DNA from: Planctomycetota bacterium
Lineage (GTDB): Bacteria > Planctomycetota > B15-G4 > SIAN01
Reading direction: 5' to 3'
NCBI GenBank assembly: GCA_031409275.1
Contig: JANNXA010000044.1
Span: 32,001-96,000, forward strand
DNA length: 64,000 bases
The notes below the pieces were generated by a model. It had not been told where the DNA came from and made no database searches. It saw nothing but the letters and a program-made list of their open reading frames with translations. Below are positions 21,589-31,527 of this stretch, piece by piece (position 1 is the first letter of the stretch; each line of letters begins with the position of its first letter). The position numbers were made by a program, and so were the translations under genes.

Positions 21589-22692
21589 TCAGTCGCCCCC
21601 TTCCGCGGGAGCGAGGTTCGCGCGCGCCTTGCGGATCGTGCGCTGCGCCTTCGCCGACAGCTTCGGCGCGGCACACGAGTACGTCAGCGTCACACGCGCC
21701 ACTTCATCGCCCGGCACGCCGGTGAAGAGCTCCGCGTAGGCGTTCACGCCGGAACCTTCGCGATGGAGGTAGCCGATCCTGGGCAGACGGTCCTCGACCC
21801 GCCCATCGCGCCGCTCGACGGCCATCGCATCGATCGTGAAGCCGTCCCACAGCTGATCGAGCCGCAGCTGCACCACCAGCTCGTCATGCCAGGGCCACGG
21901 CTCGAACATGGCCGCCGGGAACTCGACGCTGCAACGCTCGCCGCGCGGCATCCCCCACTTCTCTTCGTGGCGAAAGAAGCGGCCATGCTCGACCGGGATG
22001 CCCACCGCGCCGAGCACCTTGCGCTCGAGCGACGAGCGCGGGATGCCGACCTTCAGCGTCGCCTTGGGCGCGGCGCGAATCAGGGCCCGCTCCCATTCAT
22101 CAGCAACCCAGCCGATCTCCGCGAACGCGTTGATCTCGCCAAGGCACGCCAGGTAGTCCTCGATCACGCCAGGGTGATGCAACGTCAGCTCGAAGGCGCG
22201 GCGCAGCGATTTCGCGGCGTCGGCGTACTCGGCCTCCGACTCGAGCGCGCGCCCTTGCGCCCACCAGAGCGGGTAGTCCAGCGGCAGCCGCTCGAGCAGC
22301 GGCGTCAGCGCTTCGGCGCCACGCTTGGCGCGGCCCTCGCGAGTGTGGAGTTCGGCCAGCAGGACTCCGGCGTCGCTGACCGCATGCGACCAGAGCTGCG
22401 CGGGCTGGATCTTCGGGTGCTGGGCGAGGAAGCGTTCGAGACGGACGCGGGCCGCCGCCACTCCGCCATCGCCCGCCCCCGCCTCGACGCGCGCCGCCGC
22501 GACCTCCTCGAAGGTCCGCTCGTAGAACCAGGCGCGCGCGGCGATCGTGAGGCCGAGATCGACGTCGTCGGGAACGAATGCGACGTAGGCCCACAACCCG
22601 CCGCCCAACACGAGGACGAGCAGGAGGTAGAGCGCCGCCAGCCAGCGCCGATGCCGGTAGGCGAGCGTGCGGAGATGGAGGAGCGTGGCCAA
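21589..22692 (-). CDS. Membrane-anchored TPR-like protein
   Basis: Single N-terminal TM; helical repeat LWWAQGRALESEAEYADAAKSLRRAFEL; 1 bp from the next gene. Confidence 0.65.
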   Translation of the reverse strand: MATLLHLRTLAYRHRRWLAALYLLLVLVLGGGLWAYVAFVPDDVDLGLTIAARAWFYERTFEEVAAARVEAGAGDGGVAAARVRLERFLAQHPKIQPAQLWSHAVSDAGVLLAELHTREGRAKRGAEALTPLLERLPLDYPLWWAQGRALESEAEYADAAKSLRRAFELTLHHPGVIEDYLACLGEINAFAEIGWVADEWERALIRAAPKATLKVGIPRSSLERKVLGAVGIPVEHGRFFRHEEKWGMPRGERCSVEFPAAMFEPWPWHDELVVQLRLDQLWDGFTIDAMAVERRDGRVEDRLPRIGYLHREGSGVNAYAELFTGVPGDEVARVTLTYSCAAPKLSAKAQRTIRKARANLAPAEGGD

Positions 22693-22710
22693 GCGGCGCT
22701 CGCGGCGCGG

Positions 22711-23406
22711 CTAGAGCTGAATCTGCGAATGGCCCATCACGAGCTGCGCATGGACCGATCCATGCACGGCGCGCAACGCAGCCAGCAGCGCCTGCTCCCC
22801 GCCCGCCTTGCGCGGCGTCACCGACCAGACCACTTCGACCTTGCCCGAGCCGTCACTATCGACGGAGAGCAGATCGGAGGCCTGCAGATGCGCGTAGAAG
22901 GCCTCGTTGAAGACGGTGTGGTAATCGACCTTCTCGTCGACCAGCAGCTTGAGCAGCAGCTCGACGTTCGGACGCGCGCCGACGTTGAAGCGCGCGAGGA
23001 AGTAGATCATCGCGCTGACCAGCAGCGTGAAGATCAGCGCGACGGCACCGAAGCCGGTGCCGCACGCCATGCCGATCGCGGTGGTGAGGAAGTAGAAGGC
23101 GACATCGCGACTCTCCTTCACCGCGTTGCGGAAGCGGATGATGGAGAGCGCACCCACCAGGCTGAAGGCGCGCGCGATGTTGGTGCCGATGATCCCCATC
23201 ATCAGCGAGACGACCACCGCCATGATGATCATGGTGTGGACGGACGACTGCGAGTAGGACGGGCCGGCGTGCGTCATCTTGTAGACGTAGCCGATAAACA
23301 TCGAGAGCAGGAACGCCCAGATGACGGCGCGCAGCATGTCGAGCACCGGCAAGGTGTCGACGAACCCGCTCGTGGGAAGCAGTTGGTGGAAGAAGTCGGA
23401 AAGCAC
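22711..23406 (-). CDS. DUF4956-family membrane protein
   Basis: IGTNIARAFSLVGALSIIRFRNAVKESRDVAFYF...IGMACG signature. Confidence 0.9.
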   Translation of the reverse strand: MLSDFFHQLLPTSGFVDTLPVLDMLRAVIWAFLLSMFIGYVYKMTHAGPSYSQSSVHTMIIMAVVVSLMMGIIGTNIARAFSLVGALSIIRFRNAVKESRDVAFYFLTTAIGMACGTGFGAVALIFTLLVSAMIYFLARFNVGARPNVELLLKLLVDEKVDYHTVFNEAFYAHLQASDLLSVDSDGSGKVEVVWSVTPRKAGGEQALLAALRAVHGSVHAQLVMGHSQIQL

Positions 23407-23519
23407 CGGTGGCGCGCTCCTGGAACTGAGTCGTCAAGACTGCGTGAAGATCGACCGGATGGTAGCCCCGGTTTGAGGAACTTCCCCCGGACCGCCGCGG
23501 GGAACACGAGGAGACCGCC

Positions 23520-24197
23520 ATGCGCGTCCTGCCTGCCCTCTTCGCCGTCGCCCTTGCAGCGGCCGCGCGCGACTCGACGACGGAAGACTTCGAGCAGGCG
23601 CCGCTGGAACAGTGCCCGCCAGGATTCACCGCGGCGACGACACTCGGTCGTCCGGAGCTGAAGGCGGAGCAGGCGGTCTGGCAGATCGCGGCCGACACCG
23701 CCGCCCCGTCCGGCAAGCAGGTCGTGCGACTGCTGCGGAGCGCCAACCGCGACGAGCTCTTCAACCTCCTGCTGCGCGACGCCGTCCCGCCGGCGGACGT
23801 CGCGCTGTCGGTGCGTCTGCGCGCCGATGGCGGCGAAGAGGACCGCGGCGGCGGCGTGTTGTGGCGCGCGGTCGACGCCCAGAACTACTACGTCACTCGC
23901 TGGAACCCGCTCGAGAAGAACCTGCGCGTCTATCGCGTCGTCGATGGCAAGCGCGTGCAGCTGCAGTCGGTGCCGATCGAAGCCGACGCCAGGACGTGGC
24001 ACACGCTTGCGGTGGTGATGCGCGGCCGCGTGATCGAAGTCTCGTTCGATGGCACCAAGGCGGCATCGTGCGCGGACCCGACGTTTGCCGCCGCCGGCAA
24101 GGTCGGGTTGTGGACGCGCTCGAACGCCGTCAGCTCGTTCGACGACCTGGTGGTGGGCGAGGCTCCGCAGCTGCCGCCCATCCGCTTTCCTAGGTGA
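23520..24197 (+). CDS. Secreted beta-jelly-roll protein (DUF1080/GH16-like)
   Basis: GGAG RBS, signal peptide; DRGGGVLWR..DAQNYYVTRWNPLE...WHTL...GKVGLWT...FDDL. Confidence 0.7.
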   Translation: MRVLPALFAVALAAAARDSTTEDFEQAPLEQCPPGFTAATTLGRPELKAEQAVWQIAADTAAPSGKQVVRLLRSANRDELFNLLLRDAVPPADVALSVRLRADGGEEDRGGGVLWRAVDAQNYYVTRWNPLEKNLRVYRVVDGKRVQLQSVPIEADARTWHTLAVVMRGRVIEVSFDGTKAASCADPTFAAAGKVGLWTRSNAVSSFDDLVVGEAPQLPPIRFPR

Positions 24198-24315
24198 TCC
24201 CCCGCTCGGCATCTCTCCTCATCGAGCGCAGCAACCCGCAACGTCGACGCTCTTCTCGACAACGCTGACAACGCCAATTCCGGCGGTCGTCACGGTGTCC
24301 CTTCGAGATCAGCGC

Positions 24316-27156
24316 ATGAACCTTCGAGAGTTCCGCGGCCTTCGTGGAAAGCTGGTCGCGAGCCTGGCTCTGGCCACGCTGGTGCCCATGGGGTTGGTCA
24401 GCTCGATCACCCTGACGAAGGCCGATCGATCCATCGAAGAGCGCGTCGGGGCGAATCTCGCCGACCATGCGCGCGCGGCGATCGACAAGATCGACCGCAA
24501 CCTCTTCGAGCGCTACGGCGATGTGCAGTCCTTCGCGTTCCACCCTGCTGCGCGCGGCTCGGCGGCGGAAGTCACCGCCGCGGCCAACTTCTTCTGCAAG
24601 GCCTACGGCATCTACGACCTGATGTTGATCGTCGACCTCGACGGCAAGGTCGTCGCGTGCAACGACGTCGCCGCGGACGGCAAACCGATCGCGAGTCGTG
24701 AGCTGCTCGGCACCGACGTCTCCACCGAGCCCTGGTTCGCCGCGGTCCGCAGCGGCACGATCGCCACCGGCGAGTCGTGGTACGCCGATCCGCGCCGCGA
24801 ACCGCTCGTGCGACGTGCCTGCGGCGGTGACGGCTACGCGCTGACGTTCGCCGCGCCGATCGGTGATGCCGCCGGCCGAATGCAGCGCATCTGGGTCAAC
24901 TACGCCTCCTGGTCGCGGGTCGTCGGCGAGATCACCGACGAGGTCCGCTCCCAACTCGCCATGGTCGGATCCAAAACGGTCACGACGCAAGTGCTGGCAC
25001 GCGATGGCACGCGCCTCGACAACCTCGATTCGACGGATGCCCTCTCGGCCAGCCCGGGATCGTCGAGATTCGCCGTCACCGCGCACAAGGAGTCGGGCGT
25101 CGACGGTTTCACGGTCGAAGACGACCCCGCCGGCGCGCAGCTCGTCGGGCGCGCGCGCTCCACTGGAGCGCTCGGTTTCGCCGGCTACGGTTGGAACGTC
25201 CTGGTCCGACAGCAAGCCGGCGAGGCGCGTGCGGCAACGAGTCAGCTGCACGCGACGTTCTGGACCATCGCCGGCGCCGTCATCCTCATCGGGCTGGCCT
25301 TCTCGATCTGGTTCTCCGCCAGCCTCGCCACGCCGTTGCGTTCGACCTGCGCAGTCGTCGAGTCGGTCGCGCGTGGCGAACTCGGCCGGGCGCTGAACGT
25401 CGATTCCCATGACGAGATCGGGCGCATGGCCAACGCCGTCCGCCACACGAGTGCCGTGCTCGGTGCGCTGGTCGCCGAATCGTCGCGTCTGCTCGCGGCC
25501 GCCAAGGAGGGACGCCTCGGCGAGCGCATCGACGCCAGCAAGTTCGACGGCAGCTACCGCGAGCTGTGCAATGGCATGAACGACCTGCTGGCCACCATCG
25601 CAACGCCGATCCGTGAAGGGTCGGCGGTGCTGCATCAACTCGCGCGCGGCAACCTCGACGCCGAGCTGACGGGCTCGTTCCCGGGCGAGCTCCAGGCGAT
25701 CCCCGACTCGGTCCGCAACATCGGCAGCGTGCTGCGCCAGTTGATCGCGCAGTTGCATGGCCTGGTCGCTGCAGCCGACGCCGGCCAGCTTTCCGCGCGA
25801 CTCGACGCCGGCCCCTTCGAGGGCAGCTGGCGCGAGCTGTGCACGCAGATGAACCGGATGCTCGACGGACTGCTCGCGCCGATCGGCGAGGCGAGCGCGG
25901 TGCTGGCGCGCGTGGCGCAGGGCGACCTCACCGCGACGATGAAGCTCGAGTGCCGCGGCGATCATCGCCGTGTGCAAGAGCATCTCGAGCAGACCACGAC
26001 CGTCCTGCGCTCGGTCACCAGCGAGTTGTCGCGACGGATCGCCGCCTGTCGAGAGGGTCGACTCAGCGAGCGAGCGCCGCTCGGTTCGCTGGCCGGCAGC
26101 TATCGCGAGCTGCTCGAGCAGGTGAACCAGATGCTCGACAGCGTCGTGCAGCCGATCCAGGAGGCGGGAGGCGTGCTGGAACGCGTCGCCGGTGGCGACC
26201 TCACGGCGCGCGTGACCGGCGACTACTCAGGCGACCACAACCGCATGAAGGTGGCGGTCAACTCCGCCGTCGATGCGATGGCAGGCGCGGTGCACGAGAT
26301 CGCGGCGAGCGCCGATCAGCTCGGCAGCGCGGCCAACGAGTTCTCCGCGACGGCGCGCGAGATGGGAGCGAAGAGCGAGGAGACCGGCGCGCAGGTTCGC
26401 TTCGCCAGCGACCGCTGCGAGCACGTGCACAAGAGCATCCAATCGGTGGCCGCAGCCGCCGAAGAGCTCTCCGTCTCGATCCGCGAGATCGCCCGCAATT
26501 CTTCGGACGCCAGCACGATGGCGACCGACGCGGTTCAGTCGGCCCAATCGACCAACGATTCCGTCCAGCGGCTCGGCCAATCGAGCCTCGAGATCGGCAA
26601 TGTCGTCAAGCTGATCGCGTCGATCGCCGAGCAGACCAATCTGCTGGCACTCAATGCTGCCATCGAGGCGGCGCGTGCCGGCGATGCTGGCAGGGGCTTC
26701 GCCGTGGTCGCCAACGAGGTGAAGGAGCTCGCCCGTCAGACCGCTGGCGCGACCGATCAGATCGGCAAACACATCGCGACGATCCAGGCCGACACGCGCG
26801 GCGCCGTCACCGCGATCCAGGGAATCGGACAGGTGGTGAAGCAGATCTCCGAGTACCAGAACTCCATCGCCAGCGCCGTCGAGGAGCAGAGCGCGACGAC
26901 GCAGGAGATCAGCCGCAGCGTGAACGAGGCGGCCTGCGCGAGCGCAGAGATCGCGGTGTCGATGACCGGCGTCAACAAGACCGCACAGCAGAACGTGTCC
27001 GGCGCCACGAAGACCCGCGACGGCTCGCACGAACTCGAGCAGATGGCGCTCGGGCTGCAGCGACTGGTCGGCCGCTTCGAGCTGGGCGCCGCCGAGATCG
27101 CGGCGGCGAGGCCCGCACGCGAGCGCGAACCCGAACCGGAGCTCGCTCGCGCATGA
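24316..27156 (+). CDS. Methyl-accepting chemotaxis protein with Cache sensor and poly-HAMP array
   Basis: Two TMs; IDRNLFERYGDVQ Cache motif; three repeated HAMP modules; IAEQTNLLALNAAIEAARAGDAGRGFAVVA. Confidence 0.95.
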   Translation: MNLREFRGLRGKLVASLALATLVPMGLVSSITLTKADRSIEERVGANLADHARAAIDKIDRNLFERYGDVQSFAFHPAARGSAAEVTAAANFFCKAYGIYDLMLIVDLDGKVVACNDVAADGKPIASRELLGTDVSTEPWFAAVRSGTIATGESWYADPRREPLVRRACGGDGYALTFAAPIGDAAGRMQRIWVNYASWSRVVGEITDEVRSQLAMVGSKTVTTQVLARDGTRLDNLDSTDALSASPGSSRFAVTAHKESGVDGFTVEDDPAGAQLVGRARSTGALGFAGYGWNVLVRQQAGEARAATSQLHATFWTIAGAVILIGLAFSIWFSASLATPLRSTCAVVESVARGELGRALNVDSHDEIGRMANAVRHTSAVLGALVAESSRLLAAAKEGRLGERIDASKFDGSYRELCNGMNDLLATIATPIREGSAVLHQLARGNLDAELTGSFPGELQAIPDSVRNIGSVLRQLIAQLHGLVAAADAGQLSARLDAGPFEGSWRELCTQMNRMLDGLLAPIGEASAVLARVAQGDLTATMKLECRGDHRRVQEHLEQTTTVLRSVTSELSRRIAACREGRLSERAPLGSLAGSYRELLEQVNQMLDSVVQPIQEAGGVLERVAGGDLTARVTGDYSGDHNRMKVAVNSAVDAMAGAVHEIAASADQLGSAANEFSATAREMGAKSEETGAQVRFASDRCEHVHKSIQSVAAAAEELSVSIREIARNSSDASTMATDAVQSAQSTNDSVQRLGQSSLEIGNVVKLIASIAEQTNLLALNAAIEAARAGDAGRGFAVVANEVKELARQTAGATDQIGKHIATIQADTRGAVTAIQGIGQVVKQISEYQNSIASAVEEQSATTQEISRSVNEAACASAEIAVSMTGVNKTAQQNVSGATKTRDGSHELEQMALGLQRLVGRFELGAAEIAAARPAREREPEPELARA

Positions 27157-27335
27157 GCCGGCGGGCGTACCGGACTCGAGAGAGCGGCGACGACCGCGCT
27201 CGCGCCGCAGTCGCGAAGTGCTGCGCTGCTCGCGACAACTTCGCCATGTGGTGCGAGTCGGCTCGCCTGCCCGGCTAGTGTTCGCGCGCGGCCCGAATCC
27301 CGAGCCGCGCACCACGCGATCGATCGGAGCAGCGC

Positions 27336-27467
27336 ATGGCCAAGACGAAGGCGAAGGCGAAGAAGAACGCGAAGAAGAAGCCCGCGACGACCGCCAAGAA
27401 GACGCGCGGCAAGGCGTTGCGGGCGCGCAACGACGCGAAGTTCAAGGTCGGCAAGGACCTGCGCTAA
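27336..27467 (+). CDS. Small Lys-rich basic protein (43 aa, not in the ORF track)
   Basis: MAKTKAKAKKNAKKKPATTAKKTRGKALRARNDAKFKVGKDLR*; GGAG 6 nt upstream; G/C at the third position of every sense codon. Confidence 0.75.
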   Translation: MAKTKAKAKKNAKKKPATTAKKTRGKALRARNDAKFKVGKDLR

Positions 27468-27581
27468 GCACCAACGGGAACGCCTTCCGCGGGGCATCGC
27501 CCCGAACGGGTGCTCGCGGAGGCGGCCGTGATCGAGTGATGCGGACGCTCGCGACGAGCGGCGTCGGCCGGCCCCGACCGA

Positions 27582-28664
27582 TCAGCGCTTGAGCCAGTGC
27601 GCGTACTGGATCGGCAGGAGCTGCTGCGGCTTCTCGACGCCGAGCGCCTTGGCGGCGTGGAACGGCCAGTAGGCGTCCTTCAGCATCTCGCGCGCCAGGA
27701 TCACGCAGTCGGCGTGGCCCTCCTTGACGACCGCCTCGGCCTGCGCCGGGTCGCCGATCATCCAGCCGGCACCGCACGGCAGGCCCACTTCGCGACGGAT
27801 GCGCGAGGTGGTCGGCACCATGAAGCCCGGACCCCACGGGATCTTCGAGATGTCGGGCGTCACGAAGCCCTGGCTCACGTCGATGAAGTCGAGACCGCGG
27901 GCTTTCAGCCGCTTCAAGAGCTCGATCGATTCCTCGACCGTCACGCCACCCTCGACCCAATCGGTCACCGAGAGGCGCACCGCCAGCGGGAAGCGATCGG
28001 GCCACGCCGCGCGCACGGCGTCGAACGTCTCGATCAGGAAGCGGCAGCGGTTCTCGAAGCTGCCGCCGTATTCGTCGGTGCGCTGGTTCGAGAGCGGCGA
28101 GAAGAACTCGTGCGCAAGGTAGCCGTGCGCGAAATGGAGCTCGAGGAAGCGGTAGCCAGCGGCGACGGCGCGCTTCGTGGCGGCGGCGAAGTCGTCGCGC
28201 ACCTTGGCGATCTCCGGCTTCGTCAGCGCCCTCGGCGTGAACGGCAGGTTGGCGCCGAACGCCTGCGCGGAGGGCGCGAGGATCGGCCACGGTTTCTCGT
28301 CGGGGCCGAGGTGCTTGTCCCCCTCCCACGGCCGCTGTGCGCTCGCCTTGCGGCCGGCGTGACCGATCTGGAGTCCCGCCACGGCTCCATGCTGCTCGAC
28401 GAACTTCGTGATGCGCGCGAGCGGCTCGATCTGCGCGTCCGACCAGAGCCCGGCGTCGCCGTAGCTGATGCGCCCCTCAGCGGAGACCGCCGTCGCCTCG
28501 GCGATGACGAGTCCGGCGCCACCCACCGCGCGCGCGCCGAGGTGAACCAGATGCCAGTCGGTCGCCTTGCCGTCCTCCGAGGAGTACTGGCACATGGGCG
28601 AAACGACCACGCGATTGCGCAGCGTGACGGACCGGAGCGTGAGCGGCGTGAAGAGCGCGGCCAT
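27582..28664 (-). CDS. NADH:flavin oxidoreductase, old yellow enzyme (YqjM/NamA-like)
   Basis: SPMCQYS, QIGHAGRKAS, HFAHGYL..FFSPLSN.RTDEYGG. Confidence 0.95.
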   Translation of the reverse strand: MAALFTPLTLRSVTLRNRVVVSPMCQYSSEDGKATDWHLVHLGARAVGGAGLVIAEATAVSAEGRISYGDAGLWSDAQIEPLARITKFVEQHGAVAGLQIGHAGRKASAQRPWEGDKHLGPDEKPWPILAPSAQAFGANLPFTPRALTKPEIAKVRDDFAAATKRAVAAGYRFLELHFAHGYLAHEFFSPLSNQRTDEYGGSFENRCRFLIETFDAVRAAWPDRFPLAVRLSVTDWVEGGVTVEESIELLKRLKARGLDFIDVSQGFVTPDISKIPWGPGFMVPTTSRIRREVGLPCGAGWMIGDPAQAEAVVKEGHADCVILAREMLKDAYWPFHAAKALGVEKPQQLLPIQYAHWLKR

Positions 28665-28911
28665 TGGCGGACCTCATGACTGGGAAGCGAAGGAGCCGAG
28701 AACGCTACCAGCCCTCTGGAGAAGTCGCCGCGCGTCTGCTGAGTGGATTTCGACTCGGAACGAGGAGGAGGTTCGAAGCCGACTCCGGGTCGAGTTGTCG
28801 AGGAGCTCCGACGAAGTCGTGGCTTGCGAGACGCCGTCGCGCAACACGAAGAGTTCTCCCGCGGGCTGCTAGCGTGCGCACCGTCGTCCGCATCACTCGG
28901 AGAGCGCTTCG

Positions 28912-30705
28912 ATGACCTGGGAGTTGTGGTTCACGCTGGCGGTGCTGCTGCTGATGGTGGCGGCGCTGGCAAAGAACTTCGCGACCGACATGGTGATGGT
29001 CGCGACGCTGGCCGCGTTCATGACCGCCGGACTTTGGAGCGACAAGTTCCCGAGCGGCGCGAAGCTGGTCGCCGGGCTTGGCAACGACGCGCTGGTGACG
29101 GTGGCCGTGCTCTACGTCGTGGTCACGGGTCTGGCGCGCACGGGCGCGATGCAGATGCTGACCCGGCCGTTGATGGGGCGACCGAAGTCGGTCAGCTCGG
29201 CGCAGCTGCGGGTGATGGCGCCATGCGCGGTGCTCTCGCCCTTCCTGAACAACACGCCGATCGTGGCGATGTTCCTGCCGGTGGTGAGCGACCTCTGCAA
29301 GCGCACCGGGATCTCGCCGTCGAAGCTCTTCATCCCGCTCTCCTTCTCCACGATCCTCGGCGGCTGCTGCACGCTGATCGGCACCAGCACGAACATGGTC
29401 ATCGCCGGGCTCGTCGTCGCGGAGACGGGGCGCCACGATCTGCTGCGCATGTTCGACCTCGCCTGGGTCGGCGTGCCGTGCACGGTCGTCGGCATCGCCT
29501 TCCTCGTGCTCACGGGCCGCTGGCTGCTGCCCAACCGCAAGTCGACGCTCGACGTCGGCGGCGATCCGCGCGAGTACACCGTGAGCATGGAGGTCGAGCC
29601 GGGCAGCCCGCTGGCCGGCCAGTCGATCGAAGCAGCCGGGCTGCGCGGCCTGCCGGGCGTCTACCTCGCGGAGATCGACCGACGCGGCCACGTGCTGCCG
29701 GCGGTCGCGTCGACCGACCTGCTCGAGGCAGGCGACCGTCTCGTCTTCGTCGGCATCGTCGACTCGGTCGTCGACCTGCAGAAGATCCGCGGCCTGCGCC
29801 CCGCCACCAACCAGATCTTCAAGCTCGACGCGCCGCGCGCCGAGCGCTGCATGCTCGAGGCGGTCGTCTCCGGCCACTGCCGGCTGATCGGCCAGTCGAT
29901 CCGCGACGGCAAGTTCCGCAGCGTCTACAACGCCGCGGTCATCGCGGTCGCGCGCGCCGGCCACCGGCTGAAGCAGAAGATCGGCGACATCGTGCTGCGT
30001 CCCGGCGACACACTGCTGCTCGAGGCGCATCCCGAGTTCGCCGACCAGCAGAAGAACTCGAAGGAGTTCTTCCTCGTCTCGAAGCTGGCCGACTCGACGC
30101 CGCCCGGCCACGAGAAGGCGTGGCTCGCCGCCGGCATCACCGTCGCGATGGTCCTCGTCGCCGGCTTCGAGTGGCTGTCGATGATGCACGCCGGCTTGCT
30201 GGCGGCGATGGCGATGCTGCTGACCGGTTGCTGCACCACGCAGGCGGCGCGGCGCAGCCTCGACTGGGAAGTGCTGATCACCATCGCGGCCGCGCTCGGC
30301 ATCGGCGAGACGATGCGCACGACGGGCCTCGCCGCGACCATCGCGAACGGCGCCGTCGGGCTGGTGCACGGCAGTCCGTGGCTCGCGTTGGTCGTGATCT
30401 ACTTCACGACGATGGTGCTGACCGAGCTCTTGAGCAACAACGCGACCGCCGCGCTGATGTACCCCATCACCATGGCGACCGCGCACTCGCTCGGCGCCGA
30501 TCCCAAGCCGTTCCTGGTCGCGATCATGATCGCGGCGTCCTGCGGGTTCGCGACGCCGTTTGGCTACCAGACCCACCTCATGGTCTATGGGCCCGGCGGC
30601 TACAAGTTCTCCGACTTCCTGCGCGTCGGTGTGCTGCTCGATCTGCTGGTGATGGCGGTGACCATCACGGTCGCGCCACTGGTGTGGCCGCTGCTGCCCA
30701 AGTGA
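28912..30705 (+). CDS. SLC13-family permease with two TrkA-C (RCK-C) domains
   Basis: FLNNTPIV, TLIGTSTN, TELLSNNA, ATPFGYQTHLMVYGPGGY. Confidence 0.95.
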   Translation: MTWELWFTLAVLLLMVAALAKNFATDMVMVATLAAFMTAGLWSDKFPSGAKLVAGLGNDALVTVAVLYVVVTGLARTGAMQMLTRPLMGRPKSVSSAQLRVMAPCAVLSPFLNNTPIVAMFLPVVSDLCKRTGISPSKLFIPLSFSTILGGCCTLIGTSTNMVIAGLVVAETGRHDLLRMFDLAWVGVPCTVVGIAFLVLTGRWLLPNRKSTLDVGGDPREYTVSMEVEPGSPLAGQSIEAAGLRGLPGVYLAEIDRRGHVLPAVASTDLLEAGDRLVFVGIVDSVVDLQKIRGLRPATNQIFKLDAPRAERCMLEAVVSGHCRLIGQSIRDGKFRSVYNAAVIAVARAGHRLKQKIGDIVLRPGDTLLLEAHPEFADQQKNSKEFFLVSKLADSTPPGHEKAWLAAGITVAMVLVAGFEWLSMMHAGLLAAMAMLLTGCCTTQAARRSLDWEVLITIAAALGIGETMRTTGLAATIANGAVGLVHGSPWLALVVIYFTTMVLTELLSNNATAALMYPITMATAHSLGADPKPFLVAIMIAASCGFATPFGYQTHLMVYGPGGYKFSDFLRVGVLLDLLVMAVTITVAPLVWPLLPK

Positions 30706-30729
30706 GCGGCGCCACGCGGCGAAGCGCGC
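30686..30729 (+). repeat. 44-bp perfect direct repeat, left copy (contains the SLC13 stop codon)
   Basis: ggccgctgctgcccaagtgagcggcgccacgcggcgaagcgcgc, identical to 32361-32404. Confidence 0.95.
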
Positions 30730-30844
30730 TTCAACGCAGGCGTGGCTTCGGAATCGACGCGAGCCGCCCCCCGGAAGGGACGGCCCGCGGGCTCGAATGA
30801 CGCGAATGCACACGACACCATTCCGGCGACCGAACGTGAGATGC

Positions 30845-31324
30845 TCAGTTGCAGTCCGTGCAGATTCCAGACAAGGTGCCAAGCAGCTTGCCAGTTGGAC
30901 TTGAACAACTCCCTGAGCATGCTGAGGAGCAGCGCGTGAAGATGCTGATGGCATTCACGCCGCCACAGTCTTCCGGCCAGTTCTCGAGCCGGAATCCACC
31001 TGTCGGAGCAGGACCGAACGGCTTCCACGGAGGGCCCGATCCGGTGATGTACTCGACGGTGCATCCCGTCCCGCATCCCGCTTTCGCCACGCCGTCGGCG
31101 TAGTAGGTGAACTTGCACTGAGTGAGCGTGCTGCAATCCTCCCTACATGCGCCGTCGCTCGACATGATTCCAAAGTTCAATGTTGACAGATCCAGGCAAC
31201 CTGAGGGTGCGGTGGAGAGGAGTACCGAAGACGTACCATCACAGCCATCGCACACCTCGCTTCGGGGCGCGGCCGGAGCGAGGCCGAGCAGCGTTGCTGC
31301 AAGCGTGAGCAGAATGAACTTCAT
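30845..31324 (-). CDS. Secreted cysteine-rich protein (159 aa, 14 Cys)
   Basis: AAGGAG RBS, signal peptide MKFILLTLAATLLGLA, CxxC at both ends of the mature part; atypical codon usage. Confidence 0.75.
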   Translation of the reverse strand: MKFILLTLAATLLGLAPAAPRSEVCDGCDGTSSVLLSTAPSGCLDLSTLNFGIMSSDGACREDCSTLTQCKFTYYADGVAKAGCGTGCTVEYITGSGPPWKPFGPAPTGGFRLENWPEDCGGVNAISIFTRCSSACSGSCSSPTGKLLGTLSGICTDCN

Positions 31325-31527
31325 CACCGACTCCTTGTCCTGAGACATCGACAGGCGCACGGACGCCGCGACGGCGACGCCCGGCCATACGCCTGCCCTC
31401 GATGAGACACCAACGAACTGGTTCATCGGGCAACAACAACTGCACTACGCCGCAGTGCGGGTGTTGATTGACCGCGCGCGTCGAACGTGCGCAGCGATCA
31501 CACGCATACCGCTCGCTGGCCCTGCGA

